The notes beneath the pieces are model-generated. The model was not told the origin of the DNA. It made no database searches and saw only the letters and a program-made list of their open reading frames with translations. The translations under genes were made by a program, and so were the position numbers. DNA of 64,000 nucleotides from Bugula neritina (taxonomy: Eukaryota; Animalia; Bryozoa): the NCBI GenBank assembly GCA_964035545.1, contig OZ037765.1, forward strand, positions 6,334,698-6,398,697, in the 5' to 3' direction. This document shows, one piece after another, positions 14,061-64,000 of the stretch. The first letter of the stretch is position 1, and each line of letters opens with the position of its first letter.

Positions 14061-15307
14061 AAGAGTTATGTGCTAACAGAATGATCTGATGGTGATTTGC
14101 ATCCAATAAAATTGAGAGTTCATGAATTATGGAGTTATCTTTTTTTAGGGTGCGAGTATCGTATGTTGCCTGGGTTCTGTGCAAGTGCGATTTTACGACG
14201 GTACTTGTACACAGCACTCAATGTTTTAAAGTCCTAGAACTACACCGAGTAAAATGAACAGCTGAAAACATCCATCTCAACCAGGGGTATCTTATTTTAT
14301 CTTATGCATACACTCAATTGATTTCAAACAGATTGATTCAGAAACATATGCCGGGAATCTGAATCTCATTTTCTAGTAGTATTTAGAGCTGCACTGTTTT
14401 AGTTAAAAATAAAAAACTGTACCAATTACTATGATATTCATCAACCATTACTCCATTGGCATTTGATTAGCATTAGAGTTTAGACAGTTAGTTTTACACT
14501 TGGTCTTACAGTCACTGTTAAGTATTAAGTGTTGGACTTAAAGCTAATAAGATAAAGACTAACAGTAACTGACTAACTCTAAGTAGAAGTTAGACTTGCT
14601 GTTACTGTTCCGGTTAGTAACACTAACTCAAACTGCTATTTAAAGTGTAAGCCGAAAAGAGTTTGTGAACCTCTCCAATTTCTGTTTCAACATGAACTTT
14701 TAGACTCTGTGGTTGGTCATGTAGGCATCTAAAACTCAAACTTCATTCCAAATTAAGTTGCAACTTCCATTGTGTAAAATGAATTCATGTAAAAACAAAT
14801 GTTTATCATTACAACAGCCAACAACTATTAAATTTAATATTGATAATTATAATTATAGTTTATACTTTATAGTTATATTAATATTTTATAAAACCATATT
14901 TAAAACATACAGATGGTTATATTCATATTGATGTTCATAATATTAGTAATTGCATAGTTCAGTAATTTCAATTTGGTGTCTGTGCTAATAATCATAATTT
15001 AAAATTGTAAAATTTGAACCAGAAGTAGATTTACACAAATCCATCATTTTTTGTTTCACCATCTAGTCTTCATCCCAATCTTTGAATGCATGACAATAAT
15101 TTTGTCCTAAGTAGATCTTTGATTTTCAAACTACTAAAAACTTCGTGATAGGTACTATTTTGTTACCAATACAGTTTCAATGCTGTTTTTTACATTCTCA
15201 GTTTGTCTTAACTCTTACTTGATTGCTTTCAAATATAATTTTTTTAAAACTAGCTTTAAAGAGACAAGCCCCATATCACCCTTTGTATTTACAGGAGTAA
15301 TTAGGCA

Positions 15308-26292
<10,985 letters not shown>

Positions 26293-26757
26293 ACATTCAA
26301 TTACTTATGGAATTTGAGCTGAAAGTTAAGCACTGAAGAAGATTTCTAGTAAGCCATACAGAATAATTTATCTATCTATCTATTAAATCTATTTATTTTT
26401 TGCTAAGTTTGATAGATTTGTGATTAAACTGTGGATGAATTTTGTATATATAAATGTATATATGTATGTATCTAATTTGCCTCAATATAATAACAACTAA
26501 ATTCTAGAATTTATCTTTTGCATAAAATTTATTCACCATTTCTATCTTCCATTGATAGTGAACTCTAAAATTTATACCCAATCTTTTCTAAAATCAAAAT
26601 TTATGAAGCGTGAAAATGACTGTAGAAAAGTGAAAATAGAAAAGATTCAATAATGTGCATTAAACTTTAGTAAAAATAGACAATTGAGCAACTGGGTGAC
26701 AGTGAAAGGAGTATCTAAATTATAATTTAATTGTACAGGCAGCAGGCAGCATATGTA

Positions 26758-35507
<8,750 letters not shown>

Positions 35508-36559
35508 TATATTCCATGAGAAATGTGTTTAGGATGTTAGACTAAAATGTTTAGATGACTAAAATTTACTAAAATTACACAACAATTTTCAGAACCTGTG
35601 TTGCTTGTTTCTAGTTTGACTTTGTTCTTGAAAGTAATGATACATTTTCAGAGCTTTCATAAAGCAACACAATTTAGAACTGTCTAAAAAGCTTACAAAA
35701 AGCAGCCAAAAATAAGCACACTTTTATTGCTTGGTAAACTCTAAAGAAAGATTTTTTACTTGAAAGCCTGGAGTAAGAATGCTGAAAAAAGGGTTAAGCA
35801 ATAAAAACAGTCCCTTTAAATACATTAATATAGTAATTTAATCTCGACGTTTAAATCTATGACTACTTGAAAATTTTATAGCATATTGATATAGTTGTAA
35901 TTGTTTTTACATGAATCAACCACCAACACTTTGTTTACAAGACATGACACTCTAGAGCATAGGAAAATATTGCTTATAATTTGCATAGATCTATCTGAAG
36001 TATAATTTAAGACATTTGATCACTAAAAGTAGTAAAAAGCACAATTATTACAACAATTTTCATTAAAATTATAGCAACAACAATAGTGAAATGTGTTTCG
36101 GGCTATTCAATTCCCACAAAATAAAATCTCTATAACATTCACCATCGAATTGATGTTGAGTTAATTACAACTTGACTAATGTTAAACTTAAAGTTAATGA
36201 GCAATAAAATTTATGTAAATATCTTGTTCTTAGAAATTACACCCATAACATCTAATTATCATTCAGTATAACTATATTAGTATTACTATTAGTATTACTA
36301 TTAGCATAAGTTATTAAGTATTAGTATAACTATAAGTATTACTCTTACTCTTAGTAGAGAGTTAGAGTTAGTCTTACAGCTACTGCAAGCGTAAAACAAT
36401 GACAATAAATATAATAATCATCAATCACTTCGATGACAAAATGAAAATGTAGTTTTAGTTTACACTTTAACTTTAAGTTTATTAATTCAATCCATCACTG
36501 ACACTGACAGTCACAGTGACTTACAGTTACACTTACTGTTAGTGTTAGTAAGTTACAAA

Positions 36560-36810
36560 GTATAATATAAGTATACCAGTACCTGAAACGTAGCGGTAGC
36601 TTACTAAGTTACTTATTTTCGAATGAATCAAATGGGGGAACAGGGGGGAGGTTTTAGCCGTTAAACTTTTAACTTGGCAACAGTGTCAGTGAGTACCTAA
36701 GGTGAACTTGTGTTAAAAGTTGAAGCAATGATCATGATAATCGTCAAGTGATGATAGAAAAAATATTTCGAGTTATTAGTCGCGGTTAGTCAATAGTAGG
36801 TAAATATTTA
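36560..36810. promoter_or_regulatory. probable bidirectional promoter of HERC and YTH genes
   Basis: Divergent genes; minus-strand donor-like CAG/GTACT near 36582 and plus-strand donor-like TAG/GTAAAT near 36799 flank a CpG-containing, G-run segment. Confidence 0.45.
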
Positions 36811-37034
36811 CTGATGGAGTTGATGCTATAATTTTTTGAGTTGAGAAATGTGTTCACTCTTTTTGTTTATTTTTGGAGTTATATTCACTTATATTCTTGT
36901 GGTCATCCAACATTTACAAGGGCCCTTTTGGGCGCTTCCTATTTTTAGTTTGATGCTATTAGCTTCAAATTATTTATGGTTATACTTTTAACGAGTAAAG
37001 TTAGTAACAGTGAGAAACTGTAAGCGCATAAAAT

Positions 37035-37198
37035 TATTCTATAAACAGCTCCAATATCGGGGTTATTGAGTGCAATAATTTAGAATTCTTGATTTTGGAG
37101 CTGGGGCTTCAATTTTCAAGTTGAGCTCCCGATTCCAAACTCAAGAATCTCAAACTACTGCACCCAGTCACGCCCAACTCGGTGCTGCTTATAAAACT
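37035..37198. mobile_element. hairpin MITE family copy 1
   Basis: TTCTATAAACAGC...GCTGCTTATAAAA ends, internally palindromic; homologous to 51147-51299 and 56166-56293. Confidence 0.75.
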
Positions 37199-38997
37199 AT
37201 TCCTCTGCATGATGATGAACGAAGACGTCAAAGAAATTCAGATTGATAAACTGTCATAATTAAATTTAATACTTAAATTTGTTTTATTATGCCATTGATC
37301 TTTTTTAAATAATTAAATTACCAAATTTAGTAAATATGTCTTACTACATATTATAAATATATATATGAAAAATTATAACAGACGGTTTTCATTTTTATTT
37401 TAATTTTACTTTAAGTTTAAGTTTCGCCTTTTGGCTTTTAGTTTTCGGTTTTAGTTTAACTTAAAAGTCTTAAAACTAAAAGTAAAACTTGTAGTTGTAG
37501 TTTTAGTTCAAGATTTTCAATTTGACTCACTTTTATTCTGAATCTAACTCATTGACTCAAGACTTTATCTATCTTTATGGCTAAATTATAGTAAATTTAT
37601 TAGCTGATTTAATCATTTAAAAATATCAATAAAATTAAATCATTAATCATCATTTAATGTAATACTAATAGTAATACTAATCAGTAATTGTATTACTATT
37701 AGTGTCAGTGTTATACCTCATCTTGATCTTATAGTTATAGTTATACTGATTTTATACTGATAGTATTAGTTATATTTATATTAAATTTTATAATAATACT
37801 AATGCTAATACTAGTAATACTAATAGTAATAATAAAAGTAAAACGAAATAGTTAGTATTAATAATAATACTAATACTAATAGTAAATGTAATAGTAATAC
37901 TAGTAGTAATAGTGTTAAAGTTATACTAAGATTACAAGTAAAAGTAATGCTATGGTTTATACACTTATGGCGAGTTATACTAAGACGGCTAGTACTCGTA
38001 CCTAATCTTATAGTTATACTTATAGTTAATGTTATACTATTATTATATATTATAGTATTAGTTGTAGTCTAGTACATATTCAATTCATCTTCATATGGCT
38101 AAGCTTAATGTTGTTCTTATTCTATATGAATATGAATATCAATATGTAATGAAATGAAACATGAATTATTATATCGTGATATTTGCGTTGATATTCTAAT
38201 TCATCAATTCATGTAGTTATAGGTAATAATTATCATAATTTAAAGCATTAAAGGTGTATAATTGTTTGTTATTCATATTGAGATTGAAATTTTAATGAAA
38301 TCAAAATGCAGCTATTGCTAACCATCAAAATATTTTTTTTATTCAAATTTGAGTCAGGCTAATTCAGTAATTGATAAATGTTAATTTGGGCAAATGAACT
38401 CAATATTTCTCCAAAGTAGACTCAACTCAATGAATCCCAAGTACTCTAGGTTGATGCTAGAGTTAATACTTGAGCAAAATAGAATTTACATATAAATAAA
38501 CAATAGATAGTACTGGTACACACACATATATATATAATGATTATTATATATTGTAGTCCTACCATCAAGCTAAAGTTGCATGATTTCTTGTTTGTACTAT
38601 ATTATGACCTATAAATACAAGACTTCAAAAGTTACACTGTTTTATAATAATTGGGAAAATACATAATGAGTAATTTGGCTTTAAATTATACTCTTTAAAT
38701 TCTCTACAGCAAAATATGGAAGCATCCACAGTTTTGTAGCAAAGGAATATATTTTCTTGCAAGAGTTTTAATTGGAAGTGTAAGTTGAAAAATTTTAACC
38801 TATGCTCATAACCGAAATCATAAAGACAATTAAAGGACTTTGAAGATGATCGAAGTTTCTCTATTACTGCACCTAAAGGAGGCTATATGGAAATTCTATT
38901 TTGTGGTACTGCAACAGGTTCTTCTGTATTGTTACTCTTTAGTGTCACATATATTGTAGAGTGGTCTGTGCAAGAAACTACACCTGCTGACGAAACT

Positions 38998-41900
38998 ATG
39001 CCTCCAAAGCAATTAAAAAATGTCGATCCTGGTAAGTGTCAAGATGTTTACTTAGGATATCGGGTTTATATGTTTAACTAAGAGCATATGTAATTGGCAT
39101 TATTAGCTCTCTCTTATGTTATAATCAACTTCTATAACTGTTTTATCAGAGACGGCAGCCAAGTTGGAAAAGATTGAGCAGCGACGCCGTGAGATCGAGG
39201 AAGAGCGAGTCAAAAAGGAACAGGAAATGTTAGCTCTCTTGGCTGAGCAAGAAGCTTTAATTAGAGCTAAGCTTGGTTAGCATTTTTTCATGGATTTTTT
39301 TTAAAATTTCTAATGTATTGAAAGAGTTGTTTAGTTTTCATATTTTTTGCAGTGTTCAAGTTTTATAGCTCCTTTCAAGATATTAAATTAGTGATCAGCC
39401 TGCAGCTCCCACTATTAGACTGTTTTTCGCCCTACAAGCCTGTTGCTAACCAAATAACTTGTATAGAACTTGGAAAATAAATGGTTTTATCCAGAAAGTG
39501 ATGCGAATGCTGAAGAAGAAGGTGAGGTGGAAGATGAGGCTGTAACGGAAGACCGAGCAGCTTTAACTGCTTCCTTAGTAAAAGCAGTGAAGAAAGAACC
39601 TCAGCAGAACAGAATAGGCATGGCTGTGCTGGTAAATTCACTCATTTTTGCTCTGTGTGTTTGTTCTTTTCGACGTTGGGACATAGTATTAAAGTTGATC
39701 TGATATGTGATGTTTTGTTGTAAATTTAAACTTACATTTTGCTTCCAACCCTTCTAATAAAACACTCACAGTTTTTGTAAGTCTCCATTTTTGTGAAAAC
39801 TGGTGAGATCTTATAGAGATTCGGATCTCTGATTTAGCGCAGAGTTAACTAGCCTGGCGCTCTAACCCCTAGACCAAAGCTGATCCCGCCGCTAACTATC
39901 ATAATATGTTATTTGAATACATTTAAATGACATGTTTTTTTTAGTTTGATGTGTTCTATAAATTATTTATCTGTTTTATTTAATTGTATTAAAATTACTC
40001 CTTATTGTCAATTTGTCATGAAAGTTGAGTTTTGTTGCAGGAAAAGACATGGGATGTTTATGCTAACAAGCTTTTTGGCAACCTGTACAAAGAAAGAGAA
40101 ACCAAATTCTTTATAGTCAAGAGTGCAAGTCGTGAGAATATAGACTTGGCTTTTCAGACAAAGTTCTGGGTTACCACAGAAGTAAATAAAGTTCGTTGGG
40201 ATGAGGCATACAAGGCAAGTGTGATATTTTATGCACCTGGCATATCTAAAATGTATGTAATTTTGTGTATTTATGAGAACTTATTAAAGGTTTAGTTCTC
40301 ATTTTTTTTATATTTTAGGCTCACACAAATGTGTTGCTGTTCTTCTCTATGCAAGGAAGTGGTGCATTCCAGGGCGTGGCCCGCATTGCTAATGTATCAT
40401 CTAAAGACCCAAAGCTAGATTGGGAAATCCCCAGTAACCTTACTGAAGAGGCACTCTGCCATGTCTACAAGCTTGATTGGATTAGCCAGTAGGTAGATAT
40501 ACACATATAAAAATGTGTGTGCGTGCGTGCGTGTGGGTTTTGTTAAATGCAACACTAATTTTATCAACATTTAGAAATCTTGCCTTCCAATAGGCAAACA
40601 AACGCAAAGCAAACATTGAAAAAGCTATTTTAATATTTCAAATCATTTTATTGTTTTTGCTAAATTAATTATATTCTTTCCACATCTTTTTTAGGCTCAT
40701 CATGTAATGTGTTAGTTTACATCAAGTTTAAATAAATTGTTCCAACCCTGTCAGGTTTAATATAATTTAAGCTTCACAACCGGCGTATATTTTCAGACAA
40801 GAGTTGAGTTTTGACAAGCTGAGTCATCTGAGGAACACTTGGAATCGGAATAAGCTGGTTAAAGTGGCTCGAGATGGTCAAGTAAGTCAGCTCTGCTAAT
40901 ACTCCGTGTGTAAAGGTCGTTGTAGATTATTCAAGTGTTATTTTCTAAACACGCCCCTTAAATACGCAATTGTAACGGTGTTGCTTTTTCTGCTAGTATT
41001 TCCTATCACCTTGGTATATGCTGAATGGTATTTTGAATTTGCTAACCTGTTTGCCATTAATTGTTGGTAGTAAGCTGTTAATTGCTGCTGTAACATCATA
41101 TGCAAATTATTATTAATGCTATTTCGACTCCGAAAGAGCATGGTGTAGTGAAAATATTTAGCAGTAGCATTATTCAATTTTATTTGATTCATTTTTATTG
41201 TGGGAAATGAGCATTTTGAAACAATTTTTAATTTTTTATCAGACTGAAAAAAAGAGTCAGTTGGTTTGAGAAACAGAAAAGCTGATATGTTCGCGTCAGT
41301 TGCTATACAACAATTAGTGATGAGCATTTTTCATCAAGTATCAAACTTGTTCTGATACTTACATTTCATTACATTTTCACTCAGTAAATTTTCAGGTGTA
41401 AAGGCAGCAATATTTAGGCTAGTTTCATATCAGTTCACTTTTGCAATCCTTTGTGGGGTTCTTTATGTGTGCAGGGCCTACCAGATATAGTTGCCTCAAC
41501 ATCTTTTAGTCCTGATTCCAGAATATAGATGTATGTAGTTCAGACTTTGCTGCTTCTGTATGAAATTTCTATGATGAGTTAACGATGTTCAAACAACCTA
41601 CCATTCTAGAATACAACTCTGTTATCAGGTTTTGTAGCACATGTTATATCTGTTTACCTGCAGGAAGTAAACTGGAAGACTGGGTGTGCACTCGCTCTGC
41701 TTTTCCCGCTAGACGGGTCATGTGACTATGAACAGCTCATTGGTAAAATGAAGAGAAGAAGATCTGACATCGGGCCAAAACAGGCCGTCACCGCGTCATC
41801 CAGGTCAGTCATGGCTGCAGCATTATGTCCTCATTTCAGTTCTCTACTCTGCTTATTTTTGAAAAAAATTTCTTTGTATTTTATGTAGAAGTGTTAAAAG

Positions 41901-42363
41901 ACGAAAGAATTTGAAAAAAGCCCCTCGAACTGCTGTGGGACTAAACCCGGCCGGGTATAAGCGACCCGCCCCTAACAAAGGTGGTCCAAGCAACAAACGC
42001 GCCAAGATGGGGAAAGCTGTAAGTTTTTCAGCACTAAAAATTCATGTTGACTTACAAAGTGCCATTTTTAAAATTATGTCATTAATTTTTTTTCACAATC
42101 TGATTTAAGGAATTTTTCTCTTTTGTACAAAACCATGGAAATAATAAATAGATTCTGATAACTATATTATGTAGAATTTGTATAATTTAATTACAAACGA
42201 TCAGCTCTGTGTTAAAAGAAGTTTCTAGAATGATAAAAGGCTTTTACTATAAGACTGCGTTGTAAAATTGTTCTACAATTATATTCTGTTGTAGAATATG
42301 AGTGGAGCTAACTTGGCTCCAATTGGGAGCAAGTCATCTGTACCATCTCTATTCAATATATAA
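38998..42363 (+). CDS. YTH-domain protein, YTHDC1-like, about 354 aa
   Basis: Exons 38998-39031, 39150-39275, 39495-39631, 40041-40214, 40319-40488, 40797-40881, 41664-41803, 41889-42018, 42295-42363. YTH motifs FFIVKSASRENI, FWVT, VLLFFSMQGSGAFQGVAR, LDWEIP, YKLDWI, NTWN..VKVARDGQEV, LALLFP align with YTHDC1. Confidence 0.88.
39816..39890 (-). mobile_element. tRNA-derived SINE-like head fragment
   Basis: Minus strand TGGTCTAGGGGTTAGAGCGCC (A-box-like) and GATCCGAATCTC (degenerate B-box); no complete cloverleaf. Confidence 0.4.
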
Positions 42364-43436
42364 GGTAGATACTGCCCTGCAGTCTACAGTAAGCTTGAAT
42401 ACTCGGAGACCTATTGTAAGGCATGTTATATGCAGGGGCACAGCACATCTACTAATAGACTAACTGGTGTTTTCAATTCATTATCACAAAATAACTGCTT
42501 CAGACTGTTTAGCTTTGTCCAACAGTCTTGTCTGTATATTTACTGCTGTGCAAGTTGTATTCTGATTTTTTCATATTTTGTGATAAAAAAGCTTTTTGGC
42601 TGTTTAGCATTGTCCAACAGCCAGTATTGTAAATATATGTAGATACTTTTTGAATAAATCATAATCTTGTTACAGGAACTCTTGTGTTTATGATGATTGT
42701 ATAGCATATAAAGTAGTACTCAATGCTGGATCTATGATCAGTCTTCAATTTTTAATTTTAAGCAATTATTTTGGTTTTCAAGTCAACACAATACATAATA
42801 AGGTTTGATATTACTGTATATACTATAGAAAGTGTAGAACTGGAGCCTTGTATTTCATGTGTGGTAGTTATCTTCACTACATGCCTGTATAAACTAATAT
42901 GCAACACTGCATAACAACTAACCTTGATGTAGACTTACAACTAACCAGTATTACTTAAGTGGTGGAAATTGCTTTTTTAATGTTAAATTTAAATTCTGTT
43001 TAAACTCCTTTATTCATGGTACTTGTCTATTAGAAAACTCAACTGACTAACAAAGACATCTGGCGCTCAACACTTTTTATGTAAAATTTTGGGAGTTGTC
43101 GGTTCTTTTATCACTGAAGTAATGCTATTATTGATTTTCTATGAAGCCACTAGACAGTAAGTAATACTGTAGTAAATGTGAAGGCAGGTGTTTTCATCAG
43201 TCACTCTTTGACAAATGTTTATCAACCTTGTACAGTTTGCCGGTTAGCTAGATCTAGACTGTAACAACTGAGGAGTGTATTATTAGTCTTGGATATATCT
43301 ATTTATACAGCATAGTATACTCTCGGCTATACTATCTCTGGCACCAGTCTTCCTACTCAGTCTGATAGCCTGTGGATTTACCTGCCTGTCTTTCCTTGAG
43401 ATATAATGCTGTAAGCTCGGATCCATAGATATAGGT

Positions 43437-60999
<17,563 letters not shown>

Positions 61000-62237
61000 G
61001 CTCCGATATTCTTTTGCGTTAATTATTGAGTAAATCTTCGGAATTTGTCATAATATTACTCAGTGCAAGAATCTGAGAGCCATGCATGTATTTCAATTTG
61101 AATTTAGTTTAAGGTAACACTTATGTTGTACTCCACTTTGTTGAGCTTCAGGTTAGACAGACTGCTCTAATCTTTACACAGGTGTTTACTTATGATGACT
61201 CACATTCCTTGTGTTGTAGAACTTGTGATGGTAATTCTTATAAACTTGTAACTATAACAGCTGCAAAGTTTCGCCAATTAACCTATGCTCACATCTGCAC
61301 TTAATCACATACATGGACATGTAACATACCATATAGTTTATAGTAACACGTTTAGCCATTCAGAAATATTTATACTACACAAATTCAGATAACTTTTAGT
61401 TGGTAGAAGTGAGTTGTAATTTTTAATTTAGGAAAGTGATTTTTACAAATGATTTTTGAATTTATGTACAGATTGTTGTTGGCAAAAGAGTGATTATTCT
61501 GTTGATTATGTTCTTTATCTTATAGAGATAACATTCGTAATGATAATAATAATAATAATAGAAATCCTAATTAGTCTTTTTTGACTTTTTATACTAAACA
61601 AGGTAACAGTTTCACTATAAAAACCTCCTTTATATTATATACTCTTCACTCTGCACTGCAACACTGGTTGTTTAACCCCACAACATAGTCCCTTACTCTC
61701 CTGCGAAATGTGCCAATATTTTAGGGCTAGTTTTTTATCAAGTGCAACTCTCGAGCAATTTAAATTTTAAAGTCTTAAAGCTGCACTTATTTGTATAACA
61801 TTAGCTTCTCAATGCAAGACCTGGAATATTAGATAGCCACCATAAGTACAGTCTTACAGAAATAGTTTGACGTAGGATAATTTACTGCGCTTGTGCTAGC
61901 TAATTGGGAGTTGCTTTTCCTACTGAGATCTTGACAAATTTCTTTAACTGATAAATCAGATGTTCAGCCTTAGCCCATGATAAGTGCTCGCAATCTCCCC
62001 CTGATCTGAGCTATAATATAGTACAAATGTTAAACTTAATTACTTCTCTCATTGCATTTCACACACTCACGCACAATATAATATTTATTTGAGACTCAGT
62101 AGGTATAATAAAAAGGAAAACAATGGATCATCAAAACTTTTATAAAAAGCTTGAGGTTATCTGATTCAGAGTAAGATATCATAAGCTGCAGGGCATATGT
62201 TGGTTCCCTAGCCCATTGAAAGATGAGGAACATTAAA

Positions 62238-62280
62238 TTTATAAGCGGGGCCTCAATGATTCCCATTCTGAAATGATTCG
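62238..62280 (+). promoter_or_regulatory. TATA box, Inr-like start and short non-coding first exon of the peptide gene
   Basis: TTTATAAG at 62238-62245, CCATTC about 25 bp downstream, donor CG/GTAGGA at 62281, acceptor TTACTTTAG ending 62357. Confidence 0.5.
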
Positions 62281-62390
62281 GTAGGAGCTGAAGTTATTTG
62301 AGTCAAGAAAGCAAAATATATACAGTAAATGTTATTAATGTTGATGAGTTACTTTAGTTACAAACTGGAATCAGCATATCAGCGTTCAAA

Positions 62391-63008
62391 ATGAAGTTCA
62401 ATCTCTTTGCTCTCATACTATTGGCTTCTACCGTACTAATGGCAGCATCTATAAATGTGTCAGCAATACTGGACAAGATAGGAAGCAAACTTCCTAACAT
62501 TAAAGGCCCAGGTAACAATCCATGACACGCACATAAACTAGTTTTATTACTTTATCTATAGGCTAGCTTATAAATAGTATATTGAGTGCATTGAAGAAGC
62601 TAAGCTGACTAACCCAGTCATAATTTCCTTTTGACAGCACCTTCAAACAAAAAGTAACACACATGGAGTTTATCTGGTAGATTTTTATGGGTAGCCTATT
62701 TATGATCAATCTATTAAGTATTCTAGTACAATCTGAAGAGTTGATCATTTTCATCTAGCTGTGACAATTTGTGTTTTTTGGTAGATATATTCTCTTTTCT
62801 GCATTAGAGCATTTTCATTGGCACCATCTTTTACTTTGTAGCAGTTCATAATAATGGATTCTATCTTGTAAAATTCAACATGTTTTTATTTATTTCTATA
62901 TTGATTGTTTTAGATTATGCCAATGCTGGAAATAAGAATCATGGTGGAACAACACCACCACCTTTTAATCCTTCAATTGGAAAAAGAAACTTTGTGTATA
63001 TTTTTTAA
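62391..63008 (+). CDS. small secreted prepropeptide (71 aa) with GKR amidation/cleavage site
   Basis: Exons 62391-62511 and 62914-63008 join in phase 1: MKFNLFALILLASTVLMAASINVSA-ILDKIGSKLPNIKGPDYANAGNKNHGGTTPPPFNPSI-GKR-NFVYIF*. Start context CAAAATG; AATAAA overlaps the stop. Confidence 0.75.
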
Positions 63009-64000
63009 TAAAACTATTTGAGAATTTATCTTATCTAATTATCTATTTACTTAAATATTCAGTGATGTACAAATTATAAAATTATATACAATACATAAGC
63101 TTCATGTTGTTAGGCAAAACAGGTAAGTAGTGTAGTGCAGCCTCATCAGAGCGCAAGCTTGAGGCACCATTTCCTGCCCACTATCCATTTCCTGTTGACT
63201 GTAGTCTGTGAGCCTCATAGACCAGGTCTTTCAATAACAATTTGTCATATACTTTGCGGTGTCGGCATATACCTTTATTCTGTTGATTACTTTATAGATT
63301 TTAAATTTGATCAAATTTTTTTTTCAAGATTCTACTTAGTTAATATCCATTAGTCAAAGTGCCTGTGCATAAGCAGAGACCAGAATGTGCCATAACTTTT
63401 ATAAGGCATATATAATACTTTCCACCAACTCAAATATTTTTCACCAAACAGCACAATGTTTTGTGGACCCCTCACCAAGAAAAAATTGAGGTAGGCTAGT
63501 CACATGCACAATATTGATGACGACATGCATTCTCAACAAATCAAGGACTCTCAACTTAAAAGAGCTGCTCTACATTTTGGAAACAGATTGATTAAAGGAC
63601 ACTGCAAAAATGTTTCAATGTAGAGTGACACCAATAAAAATTCGAATTCTCTTAATATAGAAATTAATATAAGCAGAGAAAAATTGTTTATGTAGAAGTC
63701 GTGAGATAGGACAGCCAGTGATGATGAGCCATTTTACCAAACTGCAAAGGTTGTCTTCTTCTTGTATTTTGACACAAGGGAGCGAAATAGCCACTTATTT
63801 TGTTCACTCTAATTATCGGAATATAGTCGAATATATACGTAGTGGCTGATGTATAAAGTACAAAGTATACGTATAACTTTGCACTCCCGCTGGCAGCTCC
63901 ATAATTTATTTTTATTTTTAATTCCGTAAAATTCAATGAATGATAGAAAATGATAGAAAATCAGAATGTGAACGGATTGTCATTTATGCATTTTTAGTTG

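Noticed and set aside
42365-42675. Possible 3' UTR intron right after the YTH stop as an NMD switch
   Set aside because: The junction would be 1 nt from the stop, too close to trigger NMD, and the intron itself is unverified.
63135-63936. Short ORFs at the window end
   Set aside because: No recognisable motifs or exon structure.

Overview
AT-rich, intron-dense invertebrate (metazoan) genomic DNA. Gene order: 3' part of GCN1 (+, ends 12861); muskelin/MKLN1 (+, 15308-26292); a HERC3/4-type RCC1-HECT ligase (-, 35507-26758); a compact YTHDC1-like gene (+, 38998-42363); BRSK/SAD-1 kinase (+, 43437-60999); and a short secreted, probably amidated peptide gene absent from the ORF track (+, 62391-63008). 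The last GCN1 intron holds a decayed ISL2EU-type (PIF/Harbinger group) transposon whose ~1.07 kb inverted arms are both copies of its 3' end. The 5-kb muskelin intron holds a same-strand, single-coding-exon DED+death-domain (FADD-like) gene, a candidate internal promoter and a type I hammerhead ribozyme. Also present are MITEs, an RTE-type LINE fragment, simple repeats, a GC-AG intron and candidate BRSK microexons. Exon coordinates were read by eye and family calls come from recalled motifs, not database searches.
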